Source: Opitutales bacterium (GTDB lineage: Bacteria > Verrucomicrobiota > Verrucomicrobiia > Opitutales > JABSRG01). From it: a stretch of 64,000 nucleotides of DNA. The notes under the pieces were generated by a model. It ran no database searches and was not told the origin of the DNA. It saw only the letters and a program-made list of their open reading frames with translations. Position 1 is the first letter of the stretch, and every line of letters begins with the position of its first letter. This document shows positions 17,201-25,351 of this stretch, one piece after another. Location: NCBI GenBank assembly GCA_049599475.1, contig JBMYOQ010000008.1, positions 32,001 through 96,000 of the forward strand, in the 5' to 3' direction. The translations under genes and the position numbers were made by a program.

Positions 17201-19673
17201 TAATATCTCCTCCGCCTGAATAGATGGTGACGAAGGCTCCTGTTTGGTCAGTCCCCAATTGGACCGCTCCAGCAATGTCGTTGACGTTTTTGAGAGCGGA
17301 GCCTGTCGGCGCTGTTGTTCCTGCGCTGCCCCCTCCGAGGATGATATCTCCTCCTCCAGATGCCGTGCTGGTATTGGAGCCACTGCGATCTGAAGCTGTG
17401 CGGCTATCGAGAGATGTTGTGCTTTGCAGATACACATATCCACCTGCGTCGTCGAAATTGGCCCAAAGTGTGATATCACCCGCATTGGTTGCGATGTTAG
17501 AATTCGTCGATACAATTACATCGTCTGCCGCTTTGAGTCGAACTCCGGCGCCTGAGTTCGACGTCGTTAAATCGTCGTCGACAGTGATATCTCCGCCATA
17601 AATGCTGAGGCTTCCAGCTATATCGATGGCACTACTTAGAGTGACGTCGACATTTGTGGCACTGCTGTCACTTCCTATGGCGAGGCCGAGAGTGTCGCTT
17701 ATTCTTAATCCATCGAAGGTGCCAGATCCGCTGGTTGAAGAATAATAACCACCGGATTCGGTGCTATCCCAGGTGACCGCCGCGGTGAAGTTGTCTTCGA
17801 AGGGGGCTATCGTAAGGGTCCCTGTGCCGTCGATTTGAATAATCTCAGTGGCGTTTTGGAAATCGAAGAAAATTGTATCGGTGATCAAATCTACATCCCC
17901 TGACCCTGCGTCTACGCTCGCGACGCCTTCAAAGGCTGAAATACCCGTATCATTTATGCCGACCTCGCCTGTCGTACCAACTATTCTGAGGTCACCTCCT
18001 CCAGTTGTGATGCTAGAACCTCCGCCGAGCTCCACGCCGATGAGGTTTGATTCTCCTCCCATGGCAGCGCCTGCGCCTACGGTATGCCCATTCCAAGTGC
18101 CTGTGAGCTGACCTCCACCAATCCACATGTCGCCTCCATTAGTATCCACATTAGAGTCGACGATGACTCCGTTTCCAGACCCTGTGAAGCCTGCGGCTCG
18201 GTCAACTTCGGAAACCAAGATTAGGTTGAGTTCACCGCTTGAAGATGAAATATCTCCGCCTAATTCCAAGCTGAGAAGTCCGGTTGAAGATAACGTTAGG
18301 GTGCGTTCGTTTGCTCCCGTATATTCGATGGGATCATAGACCTCGAGTGTGTAATTGGCGCCGGTACCCGTAGTGATCGCGACATTACTAGAAGCGAGTG
18401 CAGTCTCGATCGATTCCGTTGTATTGGTGGCGACTTCGATAACGTTACTGGCGTCTGAGATGATTACGTCTCCTGGGTCGAGCAGCCAGTTTCCCGCGCT
18501 CCCATCGCTTGCTAATGTGGATACGAAGACATCGTTTACATGTAAAGTGCGTCCCGAGGTTTCTACCGCTCCGCCACGGCCTCCCTGTGCTCCGCCTTCG
18601 GCTATGATCGATCCATCGACCGTAGTCACCGAGGATTCATTGGTGATATCCGACCAAAGAACAATGGTCCCTCCGTTGCCCTGTTCGATCGCACTTGCGT
18701 CAATACGTGCGTCCGCAGCCATATCTACGGTGGTTGCTTGATACATGCTGCCTCTGCCTTGCCAATCACCGCCAATGAGGATTTCTCCGCCACCGGTTTT
18801 ACCACGTGCTTCAATAATTGAGCTGGATGCCAAGTTGATATCATCGCCTTCGAGGAAAATGCGGCCTCCTTTATTTACGAGATTGCTGGCGTTGATTTCA
18901 CCGCTATTATTTACGATACCTCCACGCAGCTCGTTTACCGCGGTAGCTGAAAGGATTACCGTACCGCCCGATGTGATGATAGCATTTCTGTTTTCTACCA
19001 AAGTTTCGATCTGGCTTTGCGTAGTCGTTACATCGAGAAGAGATAAGTTGTCTCCGAAGTTCAGGCTTATCTTTTCGCCTGAGGCGAGTGCGACCGTACC
19101 CATATCTGATGTGATTACGCCGGAGTTTACGACCTCAGGCGCGAGCAACGCGATATAGCCGCCTTGGTCGGCGTTTAGACTGCCTTCGTTTACAACGCTT
19201 CCCGTAGCATCTCCGCGGTAAAAGGTGCTTTTACCTTCCAAGAAATCTTCGGCCGAAATGTGGTGCGTTGTTGCCACCAGGCCACCCACATGAACGCGCG
19301 AACCTGGAGAAAAGTAGATCCCCTCAGGATTCGTTAGAAATATCTGTCCATTGGACTCGATATTTCCGAATATTTGACTCGAACTGTCTCCGAATACCCG
19401 ATTCAAAGTGACACTCGTGTTTGATGGTTGGTTAAAGAAAACCTGTGCGTCGCTTCCGATATTAAAGCTACTCCAATCTATAGAAGCGCGGTTGCTCGAT
19501 TGGTCTATGTCCATCCGAGCACCATTGCTCCTAATGTCTGCCTGTCCACCTACAACATTCCCGCCGGAAGGGAGTTGGTTCGGGGCTGGGATTTCCTGTC
19601 CGAGGGAGGTGTATTGAAAATTTGATACTCCAAAGAGCAGAGTGACGCAGTGTAATAAAGGTTTCTTCATCAT
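14247..19673 (-). CDS. Filamentous haemagglutinin-family TpsA exoprotein with YDG repeats
   Basis: N-terminal secretion domain (LPSGGNVVGG, IDWSSFNIG, LNRV, NGQIFLTNPEG), GG.VETSG/WLLDP motifs, beta-helix low-complexity body and KVYD repeats. Confidence 0.93.
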   Translation of the reverse strand: MMKKPLLHCVTLLFGVSNFQYTSLGQEIPAPNQLPSGGNVVGGQADIRSNGARMDIDQSSNRASIDWSSFNIGSDAQVFFNQPSNTSVTLNRVFGDSSSQIFGNIESNGQIFLTNPEGIYFSPGSRVHVGGLVATTHHISAEDFLEGKSTFYRGDATGSVVNEGSLNADQGGYIALLAPEVVNSGVITSDMGTVALASGEKISLNFGDNLSLLDVTTTQSQIETLVENRNAIITSGGTVILSATAVNELRGGIVNNSGEINASNLVNKGGRIFLEGDDINLASSSIIEARGKTGGGEILIGGDWQGRGSMYQATTVDMAADARIDASAIEQGNGGTIVLWSDITNESSVTTVDGSIIAEGGAQGGRGGAVETSGRTLHVNDVFVSTLASDGSAGNWLLDPGDVIISDASNVIEVATNTTESIETALASSNVAITTGTGANYTLEVYDPIEYTGANERTLTLSSTGLLSLELGGDISSSSGELNLILVSEVDRAAGFTGSGNGVIVDSNVDTNGGDMWIGGGQLTGTWNGHTVGAGAAMGGESNLIGVELGGGSSITTGGGDLRIVGTTGEVGINDTGISAFEGVASVDAGSGDVDLITDTIFFDFQNATEIIQIDGTGTLTIAPFEDNFTAAVTWDSTESGGYYSSTSGSGTFDGLRISDTLGLAIGSDSSATNVDVTLSSAIDIAGSLSIYGGDITVDDDLTTSNSGAGVRLKAADDVIVSTNSNIATNAGDITLWANFDDAGGYVYLQSTTSLDSRTASDRSGSNTSTASGGGDIILGGGSAGTTAPTGSALKNVNDIAGAVQLGTDQTGAFVTIYSGGGDITMRGNSTVGDASDDESSGIHTFEGITIDAGTSGDITMEGQGSNGWFANGVIISYGPGGVADTMIRTQDGDITLSGISNGGAFIENIGLNFAVGFGRTGTIQATGTGSISISGSGDDRDLGFQENAHILAASGDIDFLANGGGPLQPYDDDFFIGYRAGTDVTASTSNINIQADNFSFDSGGGFEFNTSGTVTIEPVSASFSGTLTWQSNDYDISTDASGLTLGKAGNTSDIVLSSDITVSGPINIIGDDITINSALTATNDTITLTGAGNVTDGAGGYVVAENLALLDGAISLDNASGNVSTLAANGVDSLLYIDSNAVEIGSIGSTNGLSSTGTINIATRSGDLTLSQDISTTDNTTSAVTLNAGLDESAGTSTGGDLNISGSPTISMGSGGRATLYSGSVSGSTGLTDFIGSGSGRFRYNSDESVSNYTAALSAGNNAIYREQINLSGSISSETITYGDTIPAFTASVGTIVNGDSGVTMTVNGATYSTSARLEVGTYSVTASTLPDLGYTVGALSNGSLTVNPYALTVTGLSAIDKVYDTTTDASLSGTASISTLSGDIVNLNGTGTAAFSDKNVGDGKSVTVSGYSISGADAGNYSLAQPSGLSADITPVTVSISGITANDKVYDANTTATLDTSGATLSGILSGDTVSLNNTESATFADKNVGAEKSVTVGGYTLSGVDAGNYTLAQPSGLIADITPASVSIVGITANDKVYDANTAATLDTASATLSGVFSGDNVSFNNSGSATFSDKNVGNGKPVTVNGYTLSGTDAGNYTLVQPSGFTADITPASVSISGITANDKIYDGTLDASLNTNGVTFSGILSGDTVNYSVTGMFEDAMVGSDKTVNLTYAYSGADLGNYTFTIQETTTASIISPYTHFEDVSTQFVTRTTEITDGLIVITLPSGTSTSGHGFSFELPEGLKNQPQIGLRVADGSQLPDWLQYDHLESRLNASTVPSHGLPISLLVEHGERETTVIISERR
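14580..15630 (-). repeat. About four tandem YDG-type repeats (period 267 nt / 89 aa) in TpsA
   Basis: Homologous DNA blocks at about 14821, 15088 and 15355 encode ITPASVSI.GITANDKVYD...F.DKNVG..K.VTV.GY.LSG.DAGNY.L.QPSG. Confidence 0.85.
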
Positions 19674-19688
19674 GGGCCTACTCTCAGT

Positions 19689-21365
19689 CTAAAAGGGCAT
19701 GGAAGCTTCGAGCCAAAATCGATTCTTGATCAGGCTGCCATCCTGGTCCCTACCAGTATCTGAAGCATCTGGATTATCGCTTATTCTTCGGGCATAGGTC
19801 GCCTTAATCTTTATTGATTTGGGGCCTACCCAGTTTAAGTAGATACCCCCGCCGTCCAATGCATACGTGTTAGGGTTTCGGTTAAAGGGGTTGTCATGGT
19901 TTACTCGAACATATCCCCAGTCGTAAAACCCGGATACAAATAAGTCTGGTCGTACCATGTAGCGAAGTTCTAATGTGGTCGCTACTGCGTCATCACCGCC
20001 TCCTTCGTTCGCTGGGTAGGCGCGAACTCCTGTAGGTCCGCCTAAATAAAACTTCTCAGATGAGTCGAGATTTCCGTCTGAAAATTGACCTCGCGCTGCA
20101 CCGTAAATAGAGGTCTTTTGATTGATTCGTTGTTGCCTGGATACGAAGTAATTGAGCTTAGTGTAGCGGCCGTCCAGAATTGGTAGTTCATTCAGGTTGA
20201 GGTTATCCAAGTCAATATTGCCTGAGCTCAAGGTGATGTTCGCAAAATTGACACTACCGCCGAAGGCATTATCGAATAAATTGGCTGTTAGTCCGATGGT
20301 GAAACTGTCTGAGGTATAATTGGATACAGAAACTCCACTCGCTTCGTTGTCGTAGAGGCTCTCTTCATACCTGGTATTCAGGTAGACATTCCGAGTACGT
20401 GAGCGAATGAGTGGGTAATGTGCATTGGCTGCTAAAACTCTTGAGCTACCTTTTATGTTTAACTCCTCGAATCCGTCTGTTGTTATTTTGTAACTTAACC
20501 AAGATCCCGAGACACCTAACCTGAGCCCGTTGTAGCCGACGGGTAAACTGTATGCGTAGCGCCCATATCGGTTGCCCTCTGAAATGAGCGCACTCGCAGA
20601 GACTAGATCTCCGATGCGGAGTGGACTATTCAAGAAAACGTCGAGTGAAACGCGTTCTTCTCCCGTGGCGCGAGACCCATAGTTGTCTACAGTGACTTCC
20701 CCGTCGATACGACCCTCGCTGCCGGAAATGAGGAGTAGGTCTGTCTCACCTTGGGATTCACCGGGTACAAATGTGCCCGATGCTGCCAGGCCCGGTAAGT
20801 CATCGAGGAGTAGCATGGCTCTGTTCAGTTTTGCTAAATCCAGAAACTCTCCAGATGGCTGATTTTCTTCGATATACTTCTCAATGGTTCTCTCTTTGAG
20901 GATCTCTGATCCCATGGACTCTAGTTGGGTATCACCGAATCGAGCTTCGACGATTCTTAAGGTGACCTCGCCATCTACAATCTCTTGTCGCGGTAAATAT
21001 ACCCGGGCTAGTCGATTTGCATTTTGGTAGGCCTCACCGACCGCAGCGGCCGCAGCGTTGAGTCCGTGCATGTCGAGCGTTTTGCCTATGAAAGGGCTTA
21101 CCGCCTGAGAAAGGGCCTCGGCATCCAGGATGGTGTTGCCGGAGAATTTAAAAGCGCTTACAGTGACCGTAATGCCTTGGGTATCGCTGCTCTCGGTGGC
21201 ATCGGGAGAAGACTGCTCTTTTAGGTCGGGTATTTCCCTGATCTCAGGTTCCTCAAATTGCTGCTGCAAGGTCCCGGCGTCGGGCAGACCTTGGGCTAGA
21301 ATCTCCGGACAGTATGCTAATAGGGAGGCAGTGAGGGTGAGAAATTGATTCCTCAATGAAGGCAT
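19689..21365 (-). CDS. ShlB/FhaC/HecB family TpsB outer-membrane transporter
   Basis: POTRA region (FSGNT, ARVYLPRQEI..G), DNYGSRATG, LDSSEKFYLGG..GVRAY and a terminal Phe. Lies directly upstream of tpsA. Confidence 0.95.
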   Translation of the reverse strand: MPSLRNQFLTLTASLLAYCPEILAQGLPDAGTLQQQFEEPEIREIPDLKEQSSPDATESSDTQGITVTVSAFKFSGNTILDAEALSQAVSPFIGKTLDMHGLNAAAAAVGEAYQNANRLARVYLPRQEIVDGEVTLRIVEARFGDTQLESMGSEILKERTIEKYIEENQPSGEFLDLAKLNRAMLLLDDLPGLAASGTFVPGESQGETDLLLISGSEGRIDGEVTVDNYGSRATGEERVSLDVFLNSPLRIGDLVSASALISEGNRYGRYAYSLPVGYNGLRLGVSGSWLSYKITTDGFEELNIKGSSRVLAANAHYPLIRSRTRNVYLNTRYEESLYDNEASGVSVSNYTSDSFTIGLTANLFDNAFGGSVNFANITLSSGNIDLDNLNLNELPILDGRYTKLNYFVSRQQRINQKTSIYGAARGQFSDGNLDSSEKFYLGGPTGVRAYPANEGGGDDAVATTLELRYMVRPDLFVSGFYDWGYVRVNHDNPFNRNPNTYALDGGGIYLNWVGPKSIKIKATYARRISDNPDASDTGRDQDGSLIKNRFWLEASMPF

Positions 21366-21857
21366 CGTAATGCTGCGCGGTAGAGGTTCATAGATTTGAA
21401 CGCAGTGCAGCGCAGAGCCCTTGATCGATGTGTCGTCGGCAACGCTGTGATAATCAGTAATCTATTATCAATAGGGGTGTCGGAAGGTGGAAATCGGAAG
21501 TGTGGGTGCATGCGTCTTCGTTCATCGGTCTATTCAAGAAGACCGTTCGGATGCTCTTATAATTAGATACTCTAGGGTTTACCTTGAACGAAGGGGCGGT
21601 GATTTACCTGATTTTTACTGAGAATTCTCGAGTCGTAATCTTCGCAATAGATCCGATATCCAGAATCGGTGGATTCGTGGAACTGGGTCTCTCGAGAGTG
21701 CCTCTCCGAAGCCATTAGTAGCCACCAGCCCAAGAGCTGTTACGTCCGTTTTATAGACCGTATTGATGGCGGCTATGCCAAATCCCTTGAGTCTCCGCAT
21801 CCAGCGGGAATTTTAGCTACCGGGAAACCTCCTAAGGTTGTGAATAATGCCTATGCC

Positions 21858-23378
21858 CTATTCGGTTTCTCCGACTTGAACGTTATTGAAAATGAAGGAA
21901 GTGGTCGGGTTGTTGAGCCAATTGTTTACCTCCGGTTTTAGGAGGTAGAATCGCAGGTAGTGGTAGATGGGAGCGATGGGCATATCCTCCATCGCCATGA
22001 TTTCGGCCTCTTGGAAGAGTGCCATGCGTTTTTCTGCATCGGGCTCCTGGCTGGCAGCGGTGAACAGGCGGTCGAATTCTGGATTATTGTATCCGCTGTG
22101 ATTATTTCCAGATTCAGCACGGAACAGGTCTAGATACCCTTCTGGATCAACACCTCCGACCCAGGCCGCGCGCGAAATATCGTAGTCGCCCTCGCGGATT
22201 GTATCGAGGTATACCTTCCACTCCTGGTTTAGGAGTGATACCTCGATGCCCAAATGCGTTTTCCACATTTGCTGGACAGCTTGAGCAATTGCCCGGTGCC
22301 CTTCGCTTGTATTGTAGATGAGGGTGAGCGAAGGAAAGCCTTCTCCATTTGGAAACCCTGCATCTGCCAGGAGTTGGCGGGCCGCATCGAGATCTTCTTC
22401 GAAACTCTCAGGCTGTGTATAGCCAGCAATCAAGGGGGGGACAAATGTGTTGGCGACAGGTTGGCCTCCGTTGGTGACGAAGTTTACGATCTCGAAGCGG
22501 TCGATAGCGAAGGCCAGAGCCTTACGGACACGGACATCATCCAGCGGTGGCTTGCTTAAATTGAAGCGGTAATAATAGGTGCCGTAGAAGCTGTCCGCGC
22601 GCATATCTTCGCGACCGGATTCACGGAATGTGCGCAGTTTTGAAGGAGGCACTGTCGAGGTCTTGTGGATACTATCCGTTTCATAAGCGCGCAGCTCAGT
22701 GTCGACGTTTTCAATTGTTCTGTAGACGATCTTATCGAGGTGGATTTCCTCCGGCTTGTGGTAGTAGGGGTGGCTTTCTACTACGATGCGATCATCTTGT
22801 ATCCATTCGGTAAGGACGAATGCGCCGTTTCCTACAAGGTTGCCAGGTCTGAAGTATTCAGTGTCGATCGAAGTCTCAGCACCAAAAGGCTCCATGCTGG
22901 GGCGATGGATTGGGTAGAAGCATGTCTGAGAGAGACTTGTGATGAAGAAGAGCTTAGGCGTCGTCATCGTAACTTCAAAAGTATAGTCGTCGATTACTCT
23001 GATGCCTACGTCTTCCCATTCTGCTTCGCCTTGATTGTATTTCTCGGCATTGATAATCGAGTTGAAATAGAAGATGTAAGGCGTGCTTATTTCAGGCCTG
23101 AGGGCGCGACGAAAACCGGCTACCCAATCTGCCGCGACCACGGGGTCGCCATTCGACCAGCGTGCTTCTTTTATGAGGTGAAATGTGTACGTTTTGCCAT
23201 CGTCCGATGCCGTGTAATGTGTGATGGATACAGGCTCAATATTCCCAGTTTCCGGATTGTAGCGCATGAGCGGATCATAAAGCGCGTTCATGATATTGAA
23301 ACTGATAGAATCTGTCGCGATGTGTGGGTCGATCGCGGGCGGCTCAGATCCAGGGCCAATTTTGAGCGTCTTCACCAC
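21858..23378 (-). CDS. oppA: Peptide ABC transporter substrate-binding protein (OppA family); the N-terminal lipoprotein signal extends to about 23475 across an apparent frameshift
   Basis: EPPAIDP, ARWSNGDPV, VGNGAF.L.EW, PPLDDVRVRKAL.FAIDR and NQEWKVYL. Confidence 0.9.
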   Translation of the reverse strand: MVKTLKIGPGSEPPAIDPHIATDSISFNIMNALYDPLMRYNPETGNIEPVSITHYTASDDGKTYTFHLIKEARWSNGDPVVAADWVAGFRRALRPEISTPYIFYFNSIINAEKYNQGEAEWEDVGIRVIDDYTFEVTMTTPKLFFITSLSQTCFYPIHRPSMEPFGAETSIDTEYFRPGNLVGNGAFVLTEWIQDDRIVVESHPYYHKPEEIHLDKIVYRTIENVDTELRAYETDSIHKTSTVPPSKLRTFRESGREDMRADSFYGTYYYRFNLSKPPLDDVRVRKALAFAIDRFEIVNFVTNGGQPVANTFVPPLIAGYTQPESFEEDLDAARQLLADAGFPNGEGFPSLTLIYNTSEGHRAIAQAVQQMWKTHLGIEVSLLNQEWKVYLDTIREGDYDISRAAWVGGVDPEGYLDLFRAESGNNHSGYNNPEFDRLFTAASQEPDAEKRMALFQEAEIMAMEDMPIAPIYHYLRFYLLKPEVNNWLNNPTTSFIFNNVQVGETE

Positions 23379-23486
23379 CTCCTCAGGGGCTTGAGTTTCA
23401 TTCGCTTGGGGCCCACATGCTGTGAACAGCAGTGCGAATAGGGGGGTGATCAGGAAGATGGCTTTTTTTGCGCATATTGTGTAGAG

Positions 23487-23771
23487 TTATTTTTTGTCGT
23501 GGTGCCCTAAGTCCCGTTCGGGGGCTATGATGTCGCGGATGCGTTTTTTAAGTTCACTGGCTCCTGGGAAACCGCCGTCAGCCTTGCGTTCCCATATCAA
23601 ACTCTCGCCGATCGATATTTCAAATACACCGGGTGCATCGTTCTCAGGATAGAGCAAAACGCCTTCGATATCGTCGGAAAAGGAGTGGAGGATTTCTTGG
23701 CTCATCCAAGAGGCGCGCAACATCCAGTTGCACTTCGGACAGTATTTGATGGTGACGCGTGGTTTGCTCAT
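23487..23771 (-). CDS. SelT/SelW/SelH (Rdx) family protein
   Basis: ITYCxxC-like IKYCPKCNWMLRA.W, G.FEI and IWERKADGGFP...ELKKRIRD...PERDLGH. Confidence 0.93.
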   Translation of the reverse strand: MSKPRVTIKYCPKCNWMLRASWMSQEILHSFSDDIEGVLLYPENDAPGVFEISIGESLIWERKADGGFPGASELKKRIRDIIAPERDLGHHDKK

Positions 23772-25246
23772 TTACCGGGTTTGTCTGGAATGACTTCTGG
23801 AAGCTCGATTGTGAAACAAGCGCCAGATTCTGGGATGTTTTTAGCGGATAGCGTGCCGCCATATTGCTCAATGATTTCTTTTGAGAGAGCAAGGCCCAGG
23901 CCTAGTCCAAAGTGTTGGCTGCTGTTCTTAGTTGTGAAGTTAGGTTCGAAAATACGTTCCAAATTTTGCTCAGGGATACCTGTGCCGGCATCGCTTATTT
24001 TGATTTGAATCTTTCCTTCAATAAACGTGGCGCCGAGTGCGATTTTCTTACCCTCCGGTGTCGCGTCCATAGCATTTACCAGCAAATTCGTGATCACCTG
24101 ATTGAACTCTCCTGGAGCTATCCGGACCTTGGGCAATTCGTTGAGTTCGATCCTTAGGTCGTAATACTTTAGTCGATGGTTGAGAACTGTCCTGGTGTCG
24201 CGAATACAGGTCAAAATGTCAGTATCTTCGACAGTCGTGTTCTCTGGTTTGCCGTAGCGTTTGAGGCTCTTGACTAACCCAAAAATACGCTCCGTAGTCA
24301 GCTGTGCCGTCTTGAGGTAGGCCCCAGTCTCATAGGCGTTCAGAGCTTCGCTTATGCGTTGCTCAGGTTTGCTAGTGAGGCTGCGTTTCAAAAGTTTGTT
24401 TAAGTCGAGGTCGGGGCTCTCCGGGAGAGATGCCAGTCGTCTCAGGAGGCTGCGTGGCAACTGCGGGTGATCTTTCTCTAAAGATTTCAGGCGTGCCCGG
24501 ATTGCTGAGGCGTCTGGTTGGCTCTGATCGATCCCTAATTGGTATAAGCCGAGCGCAGTCTCGCTATTTAGGTTCTTGGAATTTGAAGATTCGAGAGACT
24601 GTTTGGAGCACTCTTGGAGGCCCTCTATCGACTGGCGCAATGCCGATGCCGGGTTATTAATTTCGTGAGCCACCCCGGCTACGAGTTGACCCATGACAGC
24701 CAAGCGCTCCGAGTGGGCAAGGCGTTCGCGGGTCTCTTCAAGTTCTCTAAGGGTTTCCTTTAGATGATTGCGCTCGTTCTCCAACGCGATGGACAACTCT
24801 GCATTCTCCGCATTGATGGCTGCCATACGCTGGACGCGTTCGCAAAGATTCCCGATCAACAAATGGTCCACCGTTTTGCTGAATTTCGAAAACTGCTCGC
24901 GGACTTTGTCGAACAGGTTTGGCGTAAAGAGAAGGCATGTAACATCGTCAACCGCCACCGATTTTGAGTGAGTCGGGCGGCCGGACCAAAAAGAGATCAA
25001 TCCTAAAAAAGATCCCGGACCTAGGATATCGACAAATATTTTGCGGCCACCGTGACTCTTACTCTCACGTGTGAGTTCAGCAACTCCGCTGAGAATCACA
25101 TAGAGATGCTTGTTTTGAGCGTTCTGGTCGAGGATCACCTCGCCGGGCTTAAAGCTGCAGGTCGGGAGTTTTTCAGACTCCACAAAATCGGTGAGAATGC
25201 CGAGGTTTTCGGCATCCATGGTAACTTGCTGGGTGCTAGATTCCAT
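23768..25246 (-). CDS. Cytoplasmic cNMP-binding-domain sensor histidine kinase
   Basis: cNMP-like N-terminus (FKPGEVILDQ, LYVILSG, GPGSFLG), H-box AGVAHEINNP, NLLVNAMDA, DAGTGIP and GLGLGL. Confidence 0.9.
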   Translation of the reverse strand: MESSTQQVTMDAENLGILTDFVESEKLPTCSFKPGEVILDQNAQNKHLYVILSGVAELTRESKSHGGRKIFVDILGPGSFLGLISFWSGRPTHSKSVAVDDVTCLLFTPNLFDKVREQFSKFSKTVDHLLIGNLCERVQRMAAINAENAELSIALENERNHLKETLRELEETRERLAHSERLAVMGQLVAGVAHEINNPASALRQSIEGLQECSKQSLESSNSKNLNSETALGLYQLGIDQSQPDASAIRARLKSLEKDHPQLPRSLLRRLASLPESPDLDLNKLLKRSLTSKPEQRISEALNAYETGAYLKTAQLTTERIFGLVKSLKRYGKPENTTVEDTDILTCIRDTRTVLNHRLKYYDLRIELNELPKVRIAPGEFNQVITNLLVNAMDATPEGKKIALGATFIEGKIQIKISDAGTGIPEQNLERIFEPNFTTKNSSQHFGLGLGLALSKEIIEQYGGTLSAKNIPESGACFTIELPEVIPDKPGK

Positions 25247-25293
25247 TCAATGTAAGGGTGCGCTGCGCTGGTTACCCTAGTTCTAGGTATAAC

Positions 25294-25326
25294 AAAAAAC
25301 CCGGAGCCGTGGACGGCAACCGGGTT
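25294..25326 (-). terminator. Rho-independent terminator after pdhC
   Basis: Minus strand reads AACCCGGTTGCCGT-CC-ACGGCTCCGGGTT followed by a T-run. Confidence 0.75.
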
Positions 25327-25351
25327 CTTCAAAGAGAATGAAAATTTTTCC

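Noticed and set aside
17024..19158. Multiple 70-160 aa alternative-frame and antisense ORFs
   Set aside because: By-products of low-complexity TpsA coding sequence.
21615..21941. Small ORFs (61 and 90 aa) in the tpsB-oppA gap
   Set aside because: No motifs; one overlaps oppA antisense. Cannot be supported as genes.
22665..23441. 258 aa plus-strand ORF
   Set aside because: Antisense shadow of oppA with no recognisable motifs.
23487..23771. Selenocysteine recoding in the SelW-like gene
   Set aside because: The motif is CPKC with no in-frame TGA.
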